NCBI GenBank assembly: GCA_903893565.1
Contig: CAITMU010000108.1
Location: 24,415-88,414, forward strand
Direction of reading: 5' to 3'
DNA from: an uncultured beta proteobacterium
GTDB lineage: Bacteria; Pseudomonadota; Gammaproteobacteria; Burkholderiales; SG8-41
DNA: 64,000 nt
Position 1 is the stretch's first letter. Each line of letters begins with the position of its first letter. A program made the translations under genes and the position numbers. Under the pieces are notes generated by a model. It ran no database searches. It saw nothing but the letters and a program-made list of their open reading frames with translations, and was not told the DNA's origin. Below, piece after piece: positions 19,140 through 29,147 of this stretch.

Positions 19140-20171
19140 TTAGTGTGATGCACTTTGCGTGTAGGCGACCAATTGGTCCACTTTTTTCCGGGCAGCCCCA
19201 GACTGTATGATCATTAGCGCCGCGGTAACTCCCTGCCCTAGGCTCGAAGCCAAACCCGCCAAATAAAGGCTCGCACCCGCATTAAAGGCCACAATATCAC
19301 GTGCGGGACTGGGCTTATTACTTAATGCATCCAAGAGCATCGCTCTTGATTGCTCGATTCCTTCCACTTGCAAGGCTTCGGGAGCGCAAACCTCAAAGCC
19401 CACATCCGCAGGACTCACCTCATACTCTTTAATTTCACCGCCCTTTAACTCCCCAATCAAGGTAGGGCCACACAACGAAATTTCATCCAAGCCCTCTCGG
19501 CCATGAACCACCATCACCCTTCGGCTGCCCAAGCGCTCGAGCACACGAACTTGAATACCCACCAAATCCGGGTGAAAAACGCCCATGAGTTGTTGTTTCG
19601 CACCCGCTGGGTTGGTCAGTGGGCCCAGGATATTAAAAATCGTTTTAACTCCCAGCTCTCGCCGAACCGGAGCCGCGTATTTCATCGCACTGTGGTGGTT
19701 CGGTGCGAACATAAAACCCACCCCCACGGCTTGTATACACTGGGCGACTTTTTCAGGACTTAACTGAATATTGACGCCCAAAGCTTCCAGAACATCCGCA
19801 CTACCCGATTGACTAGAGACCGAACGCCCCCCATGTTTGGCTACCTTAGCCCCCCCCGCAGCGGCTACAAACATGGCCGCCGTAGAGATGTTGAAAGTGT
19901 GAGCCCCATCCCCTCCGGTACCGCAAGTATCAATAAGTTCTGTTGCGTCAGACACAGGCACCTGAGTGGCGAATTCACGCATGACCTGCGCTGCCGCTGA
20001 AATTTCAACAATGGATTCTTTTTTTACCCGAAGTGCCGTAATAAAAGCCGCAATCAACAGCGGGGAGACCTCCCCCCTCATAATCTGTCGCATCACATCC
20101 AGCATTTGCGCTTGGTCTAAGGACTTGGAATCAATAATCTGGGCAAGGGCTTGTTGTGGCGTCATGGTCAT
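19140..20171 (-). CDS. trpD: anthranilate phosphoribosyltransferase
   Basis: 343 aa with CGTGGDG, FNISTAA and KHGGRS motifs. It overlaps trpG by 4 nt. Confidence 0.93.
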   Translation of the reverse strand: MTMTPQQALAQIIDSKSLDQAQMLDVMRQIMRGEVSPLLIAAFITALRVKKESIVEISAAAQVMREFATQVPVSDATELIDTCGTGGDGAHTFNISTAAMFVAAAGGAKVAKHGGRSVSSQSGSADVLEALGVNIQLSPEKVAQCIQAVGVGFMFAPNHHSAMKYAAPVRRELGVKTIFNILGPLTNPAGAKQQLMGVFHPDLVGIQVRVLERLGSRRVMVVHGREGLDEISLCGPTLIGELKGGEIKEYEVSPADVGFEVCAPEALQVEGIEQSRAMLLDALSNKPSPARDIVAFNAGASLYLAGLASSLGQGVTAALMIIQSGAARKKVDQLVAYTQSASH

Positions 20172-20734
20172 CCCTGAGACAAGAAATTTTTTAAAAGCGC
20201 ATGGCCATGCTCAGTCAGAATGGATTCGGGATGGAACTGCACACCCTCAACCTTATAGGATTTATGTCGCACCCCCATGATTTCACCATCTTCTGACCAA
20301 GCCGTCACTTCAAGGCAATCGGGTAGGCTTTCTTTTTCAATCACCAAAGAATGGTATCGGGTTGCCAAGAAAGGCGCCGGCAAACCTTTAAATACACCCT
20401 GATCTTTATGGGTAATAGACGAAGTCTTGCCATGCATGACTTTTTTAGCATGGATAATTTTACCGCCAAAAGCCTGACCAATACTTTGATGCCCAAGACA
20501 AACCCCTAGCAAAGGAATTTTACCCGCGAAGTACTCGATCACCGGCACTGAAATGCCCGCCTCAAAGGGAGTGCAAGGTCCGGGAGAAATCACAATACGC
20601 TGCGGATGCAGGTTTTGAACCGCCTCAAGAGTAATTTCATCGTTACGAAATACCCTAACCTCTTCACCTAATTGGGCGAAATACTGGACCAAGTTGTAGG
20701 TAAACGAGTCATAGTTGTCGATCATCAATAACAT
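20168..20734 (-). CDS. trpG: anthranilate synthase component II (glutamine amidotransferase)
   Basis: 188 aa. It opens with [15 protein letters not shown] and carries the catalytic GVCLGHQ and FHPES motifs. Confidence 0.93.
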   Translation of the reverse strand: MLLMIDNYDSFTYNLVQYFAQLGEEVRVFRNDEITLEAVQNLHPQRIVISPGPCTPFEAGISVPVIEYFAGKIPLLGVCLGHQSIGQAFGGKIIHAKKVMHGKTSSITHKDQGVFKGLPAPFLATRYHSLVIEKESLPDCLEVTAWSEDGEIMGVRHKSYKVEGVQFHPESILTEHGHALLKNFLSQG

Positions 20735-21147
20735 AAACCACTAACCTATTGTTTTTAATTCATTAAATACATGATTGCGCATCATGGCACCTACCATTAA
20801 ATCCATCGTTTGGGTGGCTTGTCAATACCCAAACCCGCCCGCCTTGTGTTACGGCATACGGAAAGGAAACATTGTCTCTTATATTCCACATCCGGCAAAC
20901 TACGCTCACCATTTCTTCGTATGCATTCGCGCTCGGTAAAGATTTTATCAAACACGACGCACTGAGGCCCTAGGCACAATTGCGACCCACTTAAATCATG
21001 CAGTGACTCGCGGTTTTTCCCTTTGGTTTCATGAATACGGTTGTTTGAACGCACTCCATTCGTGAACTCAAAACCTTTCCCTTTTTCCCTTGACGATTCT
21101 GTCACATCGGCTTAACTAAAATCGCCACTGATCAATCCATGGTTCCA

Positions 21148-21996
21148 CTACAAACGAATACCAATCTCTTTTTCAAAGACCCTTAAGCCTTGTGGCAAAT
21201 CCTCGCCCGTGTATCGCAAACAATCTTCATGAACCCCCCGATGATATAGGTCTTTGCCTGTTTTCCGGCAATGCTCAAGCCAATGCATATCTTTGTTATT
21301 TTCATTAGCAAATTCTGTATGCGCCATCGTTTCTATTTTTGCGCGAATTTCTGACTGCGTCATAAAGTAGGAAAAATGCCAACCCGCTTGCTTCAATGAC
21401 CACTTGGCAAAAGCCGTATTGACTCGAATCTCATCCAGCGGGTATTTACCTAAGCCTTGGTCACTGATCACAAAGGGATGGTCCCAGGTAAAACGCTTGA
21501 TCCAATCCGAAGAGTAATAGAAAAAATGCATCTGCAACTTATGCGGCTCTGCTAAATAATCATAAAACTTATAAAGATTCTCAACCATTTCTCGTCGCGG
21601 GATCTCGTCCACATCGCACACGAATAGTAGCCAAGGGGCCAACGTTAATTTTTCACGTAGATACGTTTCCGCAAAATTTCTCTGATAACTTTCTCTGAAC
21701 CAGACTTGCGGTTTTTCTACAAAATGACGTTGCGCCAACACCGACAATTGTTGGTCATCAGGGGCAGGAAATTGATCAATAATTAGACGGGTTATTTTTT
21801 TATTGTATTTTTCAAATAAGGCAGCGTTTTTTTCCAAATGTAATTCTTGTTTTTTTACCCCCACATGGGTCTCAAGTGCTTCAATAATAATAAATTCATC
21901 AACGACATCCCAAAGATATTGCAATCTAAAAAGGGCTATTGATTCCCCATTGTAAGGAAAACAATCGTAGATACGCATGCTGTATGCCTTGTTCAA
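21148..21996 (-). CDS. glycosyltransferase family 17-like (beta-1,4-mannosyl-glycoprotein GlcNAc-transferase-like)
   Basis: MRIYDCFPYNGE...L..RL..L.DVVDEFIIIE and GWHFSYF match the GT17 pattern as I recall it. The true start may be the ATG at 21978. Confidence 0.7.
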   Translation of the reverse strand: MNKAYSMRIYDCFPYNGESIALFRLQYLWDVVDEFIIIEALETHVGVKKQELHLEKNAALFEKYNKKITRLIIDQFPAPDDQQLSVLAQRHFVEKPQVWFRESYQRNFAETYLREKLTLAPWLLFVCDVDEIPRREMVENLYKFYDYLAEPHKLQMHFFYYSSDWIKRFTWDHPFVISDQGLGKYPLDEIRVNTAFAKWSLKQAGWHFSYFMTQSEIRAKIETMAHTEFANENNKDMHWLEHCRKTGKDLYHRGVHEDCLRYTGEDLPQGLRVFEKEIGIRL

Positions 21997-22298
21997 TATG
22001 TAAAGTGATTGCGGTTTGAGGAGATTAAACCCATCGCCATTATAAATAGTCGCCTAAAAGGCAATGGCCTTTTCTGAATGAAATAAAAATGTATTGAAGT
22101 ATCAAAACGCTCTTTTATCTTACGCTTAACCGGCTGAGTGCCATAAATCAGGGATTTACACCCCTCAACACAGGATTATCTACCCTGGCTTCTACTACAA
22201 GGTATGATTATATCTTTAGGGACATCGGTTTGATTTTGTAACGATTCCAATTCACTTCTTAGACGTAAAAATAAGGGCTTTTCGCCTACTACATTGTT

Positions 22299-22715
22299 TT
22301 GAAACAAAAACCTCTATTCTTTTTTTGTATCATAACGGCCTTCGCCTCGATTTGCGGATGCGCCAGTCAGTCTCTACGAACCGCCAAAAAACTAGATCCC
22401 TTACTACCGCAATATCAAAGCGCTGAATGTCAAAAAGCCCTCAAGGCGGCAAATGATCAGGAAAACATTCGGCGTGCTCGATTGATCCTATCGCCATTGC
22501 TGACTTTTGTTTCCGCTGGCACCCTAGCCTTACCGGTGGTGGCACTGAATTCGGGTCTAGAAACGGTAGACTATTCTCATGCGTCTAAAATGGCGTTGGA
22601 CTGCGGGGGAAAAGAAAAATCTACGCAAGAAGTCACTTTTGGCGTTTTAACCAGTGCTGGCATGGGTCTACTAACTAACGGCCTTGGCTCTGGCATTAAT
22701 CCTACGTTAAAATGA
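22299..22715 (+). CDS. putative lipoprotein
   Basis: 138 aa. The N-terminus has a hydrophobic signal and a lipobox-like ASICGC. The TTG start has no clear SD, and I recognised no family. Confidence 0.45.
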   Translation: MKQKPLFFFCIITAFASICGCASQSLRTAKKLDPLLPQYQSAECQKALKAANDQENIRRARLILSPLLTFVSAGTLALPVVALNSGLETVDYSHASKMALDCGGKEKSTQEVTFGVLTSAGMGLLTNGLGSGINPTLK

Positions 22716-22840
22716 TTTTACTAAAAAATCACTTTTTTTCTTAGATTGGCTTTGCCTGGCCTCAATGTACATTGTATTTTTGCCCATATTATGGCCAATC
22801 TCTTGAGTCTTTTCATCCCTAAGGTTATGATTTTTCGACT

Positions 22841-24052
22841 ATGAATGCTCCCGACATAAAACCCCTCGATTTTTCTAGCGTCGATTACGACGAGGCCATT
22901 GATCGGGCTAGAGGCCTCATCCCTTTCTTACGCCAACACGCCGATGCCAACGACAAAGCCACAAAGCTTGTTCCTGAAGTGGTTCGGGCGTTACATGAAA
23001 ATGGCCTTTTTAGGTATATTCAACCTAAAATCTGGGGGGGCATGGAGCTTGACTTTGTGTCTTATTTCGATATTCCTGAGATGTTGGGTCGAGGTGACGC
23101 TGCGACCGGTTGGGTCGTTGCTAATTTAGCCTCACACCACAGAGGTCTTTGCTTGTGGCCACTTAAAACCCAAGAAGAAATCTGGGGAAATGACCCTGAT
23201 ACCCTGATTGCCTCTGGTATCGCCTATGCGCAAGGTAGCGCGACCTTAGTCGAAGGTGGAATAGAATTAACCGGCAAATGGGGATTCTCCTCTGGCGTTG
23301 ACCACTCGGAGTGGGAGCAATTGGCGTGTGTGGTCAAGGACGCGGAAGGCAAGCCCATCGATTGGCGCATGTGTCAGGTTCCGCAATCCCAGTTTACCGT
23401 CATTAATGATTGGCAAACCTTGGGCATGCGAGGCACCGGGAGCCGCACCGTGACTTGCCAGAAGATTTTTGTGCCTGATTACCGGGCCTTATCCATGCAC
23501 ATAGCCAATCCAAAGCATGAATTCCCCGGCTTAAAATTACACTCCAACTCGATGTTCAAAATACCCACCGCGTCCTTGGGAGGGCACTGCATAGCGGGAG
23601 CCATGACCGGCAATGCTCAGGCCGCATTAGAATTAACTACCGAGATGGTCAAACTAAGAAGCACCAACTATACCGGTGCAAAAATGAGAGATTTTCAGAC
23701 CGTTCAATTACGGATTGGCATGGCCGGGGCTAAAATTGATGCCGTTCGAACTTGGTTACGTAATGACTGTTTGGAAGCGCACAATCTTTATCGCATCGGC
23801 GGAAAACTGACGATCGAAGCCAAATTGCGCTATAAACGCAACTGTGCCATGGGAATGAAGCTTTTGGTCGAAGCGGTTGATACCTTATTTGAAATGTCTG
23901 GCGCGATGGGAATCTACGACAATAGCCCCCTGCAACGCATTTACAGAGACCAACATGCTGCAGCAGGACACTTTAGTTTCAGCACCGATGCTCAGCTCAC
24001 CCCATGGGCTCAGGTCCAATTAGGCGGCGAATTTAAAAGCCCTACGCTTTAA
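22841..24052 (+). CDS. acyl-CoA-dehydrogenase-fold flavin-dependent monooxygenase/dehydrogenase
   Basis: 403 aa. Its layout and motifs (GLFRY.QP...GG.E, G.W.F.SG..H..W) resemble the ACAD type-2 / two-component monooxygenase oxygenase subunits. The substrate is unknown. Confidence 0.65.
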   Translation: MNAPDIKPLDFSSVDYDEAIDRARGLIPFLRQHADANDKATKLVPEVVRALHENGLFRYIQPKIWGGMELDFVSYFDIPEMLGRGDAATGWVVANLASHHRGLCLWPLKTQEEIWGNDPDTLIASGIAYAQGSATLVEGGIELTGKWGFSSGVDHSEWEQLACVVKDAEGKPIDWRMCQVPQSQFTVINDWQTLGMRGTGSRTVTCQKIFVPDYRALSMHIANPKHEFPGLKLHSNSMFKIPTASLGGHCIAGAMTGNAQAALELTTEMVKLRSTNYTGAKMRDFQTVQLRIGMAGAKIDAVRTWLRNDCLEAHNLYRIGGKLTIEAKLRYKRNCAMGMKLLVEAVDTLFEMSGAMGIYDNSPLQRIYRDQHAAAGHFSFSTDAQLTPWAQVQLGGEFKSPTL

Positions 24053-25533
24053 TCCATCTGACTATCCAGCCCAGCCTCCGCCATTTCTGCAGCGCGCAAT
24101 AAAGCACGCGCTTTATTTTGCGTTTCTTGCCACTCCGCTTCCGGTTGTGAGTCGGCCACTACCCCACCTCCGGCTTGGGCATATAAAATGCCCCCTTTCA
24201 CCACGCCCGTGCGCAGTGCGATGGCCACATCCATATTTCCATCAAAGCCTAAGTAACCGACCGCCCCCGCATAAATACCTCGCTTGACCGGTTCTAGTTC
24301 GTCAATAATCTGCATCGCGCGCACCTTGGGTGCCCCTGAGACCGTTCCCGCAGGAAAAGTGGCCCGCAACACATCCATCGCCCCTAAGCCGGGTTTAAGG
24401 GTCGCCTCCACATTAGAAACAATATGCATCACGTGAGAATAGCGTTCGATCACCATTTGTTCCGTCACTCGCACCGTGCCCGTCTGTGCCACGCGTCCCG
24501 CATCATTGCGTCCTAAATCAACCAACATAATGTGTTCAGCCCGTTCCTTCGGATCGGCTAGCAATTCCGTCGCTAACGCCGTGTCCTCTTCGACCGTTGC
24601 TCCGCGTTTTCGGGTCCCTGCAATCGGACGAACCGTCACCCGATCACCCTCCAAACGAGCGAGGATTTCCGGTGATGCCCCTACCACATGAAAATCCTTA
24701 AAATCAAAATAAAACATATAAGGAGAAGGATTTAACGTGCGTAAGGCTCGATATAGCGCGAGAGGAGACGCTCTGAGCGGCTTAGACAGGCGTTGTGAAG
24801 GCACAACCTGCATAATATCGCCTTCAAAAATATACTTCTTTGCCCTTTCAATGGCAGCGTAATACGCCTTTTGACCAAAACCTGAAACCGCCGGCTCTGA
24901 GACTGCCGGCAAGCCCGTTGGAATGACCACGGGTAATCGTAGCTTTTTTAATAACGCTTTTAATCGAGAACGCGCTACCGTTAAAGCGTTAACTTCGCTT
25001 GGATTGGCATAAACCACCAAAAAAAGTTTTCCTGATAAATTATCAACGATGGCAATTTCTTCCGATACCAACAACGCGATATCAGGATTATTCAACGGAT
25101 CTGGCTTTTGACATTGGGCGAGCTTTTTTTCTACATAACGCACCGTATCGTAGCCAAAATAACCTACGAGTCCGCCACAAAACCGAGGTAACTGGGCCGT
25201 AGTCTTCACTGTCGCTACTTTAAAGCGCGCCAGATACTTTTCAATATAATCTAAAGGATCCGATTCTTTCGACTCTGCAATAACCTCATCGCCTGAAAAT
25301 TCTCGGCATTCGTAGCCCCTGATTTCCAATCGATTCTTTGCCGCTAAGCCAATAAATGAATAACGACCAAAGCGCTCTCCCCCGACGACCGATTCCAAAA
25401 GATAGGTAAAGGGTTGATTGGCCAACTTCAAATAGATAGACAAAGGCGTATCTAGATCGGCAAACGTCTCTAGAACCACGGGAATGCGATTAAAACCCTC
25501 CTTCGTGAGCTGTTCAAATTCAGCTTCCGTCAT
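24049..25533 (-). CDS. trpE: anthranilate synthase component I
   Basis: 494 aa with LLESV..GERFGRYSF, the chorismate-binding C-terminal region GAVGY and GGG.VADS. Confidence 0.93.
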   Translation of the reverse strand: MTEAEFEQLTKEGFNRIPVVLETFADLDTPLSIYLKLANQPFTYLLESVVGGERFGRYSFIGLAAKNRLEIRGYECREFSGDEVIAESKESDPLDYIEKYLARFKVATVKTTAQLPRFCGGLVGYFGYDTVRYVEKKLAQCQKPDPLNNPDIALLVSEEIAIVDNLSGKLFLVVYANPSEVNALTVARSRLKALLKKLRLPVVIPTGLPAVSEPAVSGFGQKAYYAAIERAKKYIFEGDIMQVVPSQRLSKPLRASPLALYRALRTLNPSPYMFYFDFKDFHVVGASPEILARLEGDRVTVRPIAGTRKRGATVEEDTALATELLADPKERAEHIMLVDLGRNDAGRVAQTGTVRVTEQMVIERYSHVMHIVSNVEATLKPGLGAMDVLRATFPAGTVSGAPKVRAMQIIDELEPVKRGIYAGAVGYLGFDGNMDVAIALRTGVVKGGILYAQAGGGVVADSQPEAEWQETQNKARALLRAAEMAEAGLDSQMD

Positions 25534-25654
25534 GCCCTGCTCCCTGCAAAAAAAGGTGGATAAAACACACCAGGCAACATTTTTACTTTCTAGCGCCTTT
25601 TATTCCGTGCTCTGCATATTCAATTAACTTTCTTCGCATAAAACCCTTGCCAGA

Positions 25655-26359
25655 TCAGCAAACTGAATCGTGCCTCGTAATGCGTGCACTGACTTCCACT
25701 AACGAACCCACTATAGCATCAACATCCAATTGCGAAACATCTTGTCCTTCGTTGTAACCATAGTTCACACAAAATATCGGACATCCTGCAGCTCGCGCGG
25801 CCTGTGCATCGTTTAATGAATCTCCGACCATTAACATGAATGAAGGCTCTACCCCTAATTGCTCGCAAGCATACAGCAAAGGGGCTGGATGAGGCTTTCT
25901 TTGCGCTAGGGTATCTCCCGCCACCACCGCCTTAAAGTAAGAAGCCAAACCCACATACTCAAGCAAAGGTAGGGTAAAGCGAGCAGATTTATTCGTCACG
26001 CATACCAATGGAAAACCCCGAGCACGTAACTCATTCAAACCTTCAAGAACCCCTGAATACATCGTCGTATGACGTCCATTCAGTGCCGTGTAGGCATTTT
26101 CATATAAGGGCAAAGCGCGATCAAAAAGTGCTTTTTCAGGCACCCCATCCATGCGTCCAGTCAACGAGCGTTCAATTAAGTTATGAATCCCTTTACCCAC
26201 AAACGTACGGATCAAGGACTCATCCAGACTCGGCTGTCCTAGTGCTTTGAGCATCGTGTTAACCGCAGCTGCCAGATCAGGAATGGTATCTAACATAGTA
26301 CCATCCAGATCAATCATGACGGCTTTCACACTGAATGGTGTTGTCGATTTCACGGTCAT
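25655..26359 (-). CDS. gph: phosphoglycolate phosphatase (HAD family)
   Basis: HAD motifs DLDGT(M)LD, VTNK and GDS.ND. It occupies the conserved rpe-gph-trpE position. Confidence 0.85.
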   Translation of the reverse strand: MTVKSTTPFSVKAVMIDLDGTMLDTIPDLAAAVNTMLKALGQPSLDESLIRTFVGKGIHNLIERSLTGRMDGVPEKALFDRALPLYENAYTALNGRHTTMYSGVLEGLNELRARGFPLVCVTNKSARFTLPLLEYVGLASYFKAVVAGDTLAQRKPHPAPLLYACEQLGVEPSFMLMVGDSLNDAQAARAAGCPIFCVNYGYNEGQDVSQLDVDAIVGSLVEVSARITRHDSVC

Positions 26360-26373
26360 TTTTCAGTCAACCA

Positions 26374-27036
26374 TTATTTAAAAGCCAATGCCCCATGCAT
26401 GGCATCCAGGGTTGCCTTGTAGTCTTGTGTGGAAAAAATTGCGCTTCCCGCAACGAAAGTATCCGCACCAGCCTTCGCAATTTGCGCAATATTTTCAATC
26501 TTCACGCCGCCATCGACTTCAAGCCAAATATCGCGGCCGGTTTGATCTATTTTTTGCCGGACTGCAGCAATTTTATTCAAAGCCTCGGGAATAAACGACT
26601 GCCCGCCAAATCCCGGATTCACTGACATGATCAATACCAAATCAATCTTATGCAATACATGATCGAGATAATGCAGCGGGGTAGCAGGATTAAAAACGAG
26701 TCCCGCCTTGCAGCCCTGTTCCTGAATAAGTCCAATCGTTCGATCAATATGATCGGAGGCTTCCGGATGAAAAGAAATAATATTGGCTCCCGCTTTGGCA
26801 AAATCCGGAATAATTCGATCAACGGGTTTGACCATCAAATGCACATCAATGGGCACTTCGATATGCGGTCGAATTGCCTCACACACCATAGGCCCAATCG
26901 TCAAATTAGGCACATAGTGATTATCCATGACATCAAAATGAATTAATTGCGCCCCGGCTTCGACTACGGCCTTCACTTCCTCGCCAAGTCGGGCAAAGTC
27001 GGCTGATAAGATACTGGGTGCGATGCGATATTTCAT
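26374..27036 (-). CDS. rpe: ribulose-phosphate 3-epimerase
   Basis: 220 aa with [26 protein letters not shown] and [10 protein letters not shown]. Confidence 0.94.
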   Translation of the reverse strand: MKYRIAPSILSADFARLGEEVKAVVEAGAQLIHFDVMDNHYVPNLTIGPMVCEAIRPHIEVPIDVHLMVKPVDRIIPDFAKAGANIISFHPEASDHIDRTIGLIQEQGCKAGLVFNPATPLHYLDHVLHKIDLVLIMSVNPGFGGQSFIPEALNKIAAVRQKIDQTGRDIWLEVDGGVKIENIAQIAKAGADTFVAGSAIFSTQDYKATLDAMHGALAFK

Positions 27037-27172
27037 AGTAATATTGTATCTGTTTCCGGATGCAACTGCCTAGTTTAGTCTGGCTTTTTGTCATTACTCC
27101 ACCAGGTTGCGGTTTTCGTATAAATCGTTGCTTGGTTTGCCCAACGCCCACCCTACAACATTGCCCCCCTTC

Positions 27173-27553
27173 ATGTCATCTAGCCCCCCCACTATCCAGA
27201 TCAAAATTCAATCGGCCTACATTGCCGAGCAATCCGACCCTGCCATCTTTCGCTATGTATTTTCTTATACGGTCACCCTCAGCCACCAAGGCGGTGTTCC
27301 AGCAAAGCTTTTGCGCCGTCACTGGATCATCACCGATGGGGAGAATAAAGTTCAAGAAGTAAAAGGTGAGGGAGTGGTCGGAGAGCAACCCCATTTAAAA
27401 CCAGGCCAGCAATTTGAATATACCAGTGGAACTATGATCGCTACTCCCGTAGGCACGATGCGTGGTAGCTACCATATGGTCACTGACGAAGGCGATGTCT
27501 TTGACGTCCTCATCCCGGAATTTGTGCTCAGTATGCCCCGCGTATTACACTGA
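27173..27553 (+). CDS. apaG: ApaG (DUF525) protein
   Basis: 126 aa from the ATG at 27173. It is collinear with E. coli ApaG as recalled (...Y.F.YT.T..., GEGVVG.QP.L.PG..F.YTSG....P.G.M.G.Y). Confidence 0.88.
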   Translation: MSSSPPTIQIKIQSAYIAEQSDPAIFRYVFSYTVTLSHQGGVPAKLLRRHWIITDGENKVQEVKGEGVVGEQPHLKPGQQFEYTSGTMIATPVGTMRGSYHMVTDEGDVFDVLIPEFVLSMPRVLH

Positions 27554-27621
27554 TTTTTACCCTGCCATAAAAAAATAAAAATCCCGTGGCCTCGCTAATG
27601 AGCTAACACCGCCAAAACAAA

Positions 27622-27762
27622 TTAAGCAGAATCTTCTGGTCGCTCTTTTTTTTCAATCGGTTTTTCTTGTTTGTGTCGCTTGGGTAAAGTCCACCAAATC
27701 AACAACACCAAAAAAATAGCCGCACCAAAAGCTTCAAACAAGAACCAACCTAAGGTTTCCAT
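27622..27762 (-). CDS. candidate 46-aa single-pass membrane protein (below the ORF-track cutoff)
   Basis: My own translation is METLGWFLFEAFGAAIFLVLLIWWTLPKRHKQEKPIEKKERPEDSA. It has one clean TM helix followed by a charged tail (positive-inside), an ATG start and only a weak SD. Confidence 0.35.
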   Translation of the reverse strand: METLGWFLFEAFGAAIFLVLLIWWTLPKRHKQEKPIEKKERPEDSA

Positions 27763-27794
27763 TGCACTCGATATTTATAAACTTGTGAATCATC

Positions 27795-29051
27795 ATGAAC
27801 TATATCCTGCAAAAAATCCACTCTTTCGTCAGTCTGACAGCCATTGGATTTTTGCTCATATTGGCGGGCTGTCAAACACTCCCCCCCCCCGTACAATCCC
27901 CAACGCTTCGCCTCCCAACACCTATCATTCCTGCACCACAGACTAGCTCAGAATCCAACGAACCCACTGCCGCTGTGCCAACGGCTCCGGTCACCGTCTT
28001 GCCATCGACAACCCCTCTGGCTGAAACACTAATTCCTGTCAATTGGAGTGACTTACCGGGCTGGTCCCAAGACAACCACGTAGCCGTATTGCCGGGCCTT
28101 TTGGCGAGTTGCCCCTTTTTAAAAAAACAAACTCCATGGCGACTGCCCTGTGAAGCGGCCCGTCAACCGAGCAGTCCTGAGGAAGCCAAATCGTATTTCG
28201 AAAATTATTTTACTGCCTACCGCGTCATGAATCCGCAGGGTAGTGGGGAGGGTCTCATTACTGGTTACTACGAACCCTTACTCAAAGGCTCCAGAAAATC
28301 CTCCGCTACCTATCGCTACCCGATCTATACAACCCCCAAAGACCTTCGTACGATTGAGCCGACGACCCAAAATCAAACTGGAAATCCCAACTTCACTAAA
28401 GGACGATGGCAAGACTCTCAATTCATCCCTTATTACGACAGGGCTCAAATCGATAGTGGAAAGTTCCCTTTAAACAATCAAGTCATCGCGTGGGTAGATG
28501 ACCCGATTGAACTTTTTTTCTTACATGTACAAGGTTCGGGACGTGTGGCTTTGGACAACGGCGAAATCATCCGCGTCGGATTTGCCAACCATAACGGATT
28601 AACCTACCGTTCGATAGGTAAAATTTTAGTCGACCGTGGTGATCTGAGCTTGGATCAGGCCTCGATGCAAGGCATTAAAGCCTGGGCGCAAGCAAACCCC
28701 AAGAAATTAACGCCCTTACTCAATCAAAACCCTCGCTATGTTTTTTTTCGTGAAGTCAAAAATGCCGATACTTCCCCTGCCGGCGCGCTTGGCATCGCGC
28801 TGACTCCTCAACGTAGTCTAGCCATCGATACCCGCTTTATACCGCTGGGCGCACCGGTCTACATTGATACCACTTGGCCACTTTCTAATAAATCACTACA
28901 ACAACTCATGCTCGCGCAAGATACCGGAGGAGCGATTCTTGGTGCCGTGCGTGCCGATTTTTTTTGGGGCAGTGGGCCTTTGGCAGAACTGGAATCTGGA
29001 CGAATGAAGCAAGCGCTTAAAATGTGGCTTTTATTACCAAAATCGCCGTAA
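27795..29051 (+). CDS. mltA: murein transglycosylase A
   Basis: 418 aa. It has a signal/lipobox LAGC, plus the MltA-type GYYEP, HVQGSGR and D.GGAI.G motifs. Confidence 0.87.
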   Translation: MNYILQKIHSFVSLTAIGFLLILAGCQTLPPPVQSPTLRLPTPIIPAPQTSSESNEPTAAVPTAPVTVLPSTTPLAETLIPVNWSDLPGWSQDNHVAVLPGLLASCPFLKKQTPWRLPCEAARQPSSPEEAKSYFENYFTAYRVMNPQGSGEGLITGYYEPLLKGSRKSSATYRYPIYTTPKDLRTIEPTTQNQTGNPNFTKGRWQDSQFIPYYDRAQIDSGKFPLNNQVIAWVDDPIELFFLHVQGSGRVALDNGEIIRVGFANHNGLTYRSIGKILVDRGDLSLDQASMQGIKAWAQANPKKLTPLLNQNPRYVFFREVKNADTSPAGALGIALTPQRSLAIDTRFIPLGAPVYIDTTWPLSNKSLQQLMLAQDTGGAILGAVRADFFWGSGPLAELESGRMKQALKMWLLLPKSP

Positions 29052-29147
29052 GTCACTTTATCCAATGGGCCCAGCATTCAGGCGCAACGAGCACAACACA
29101 CAGCGCGTGCCCAGGCGATTGAATGCAAGGTGTCTAACCGCTAAACA

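Noticed and set aside
20763-21105. Annotating either overlapping minus-strand ORF (102 aa or 62 aa) as a CDS, with a faint HNH-like impression from LCLGPQC.
   Set aside because: The motif match is too loose, the two frames overlap each other, and neither has a convincing start context. They are reported only as a possible gene remnant.
25534-25654. A search for a trp leader peptide or attenuator upstream of trpE.
   Set aside because: The two small ORFs I could translate there (MRRKLIEYAEHGIKGARK and MLPGVFYPPFFAGSRA) contain no Trp codons, and I see no terminator/antiterminator pair. There is no evidence for classical attenuation.
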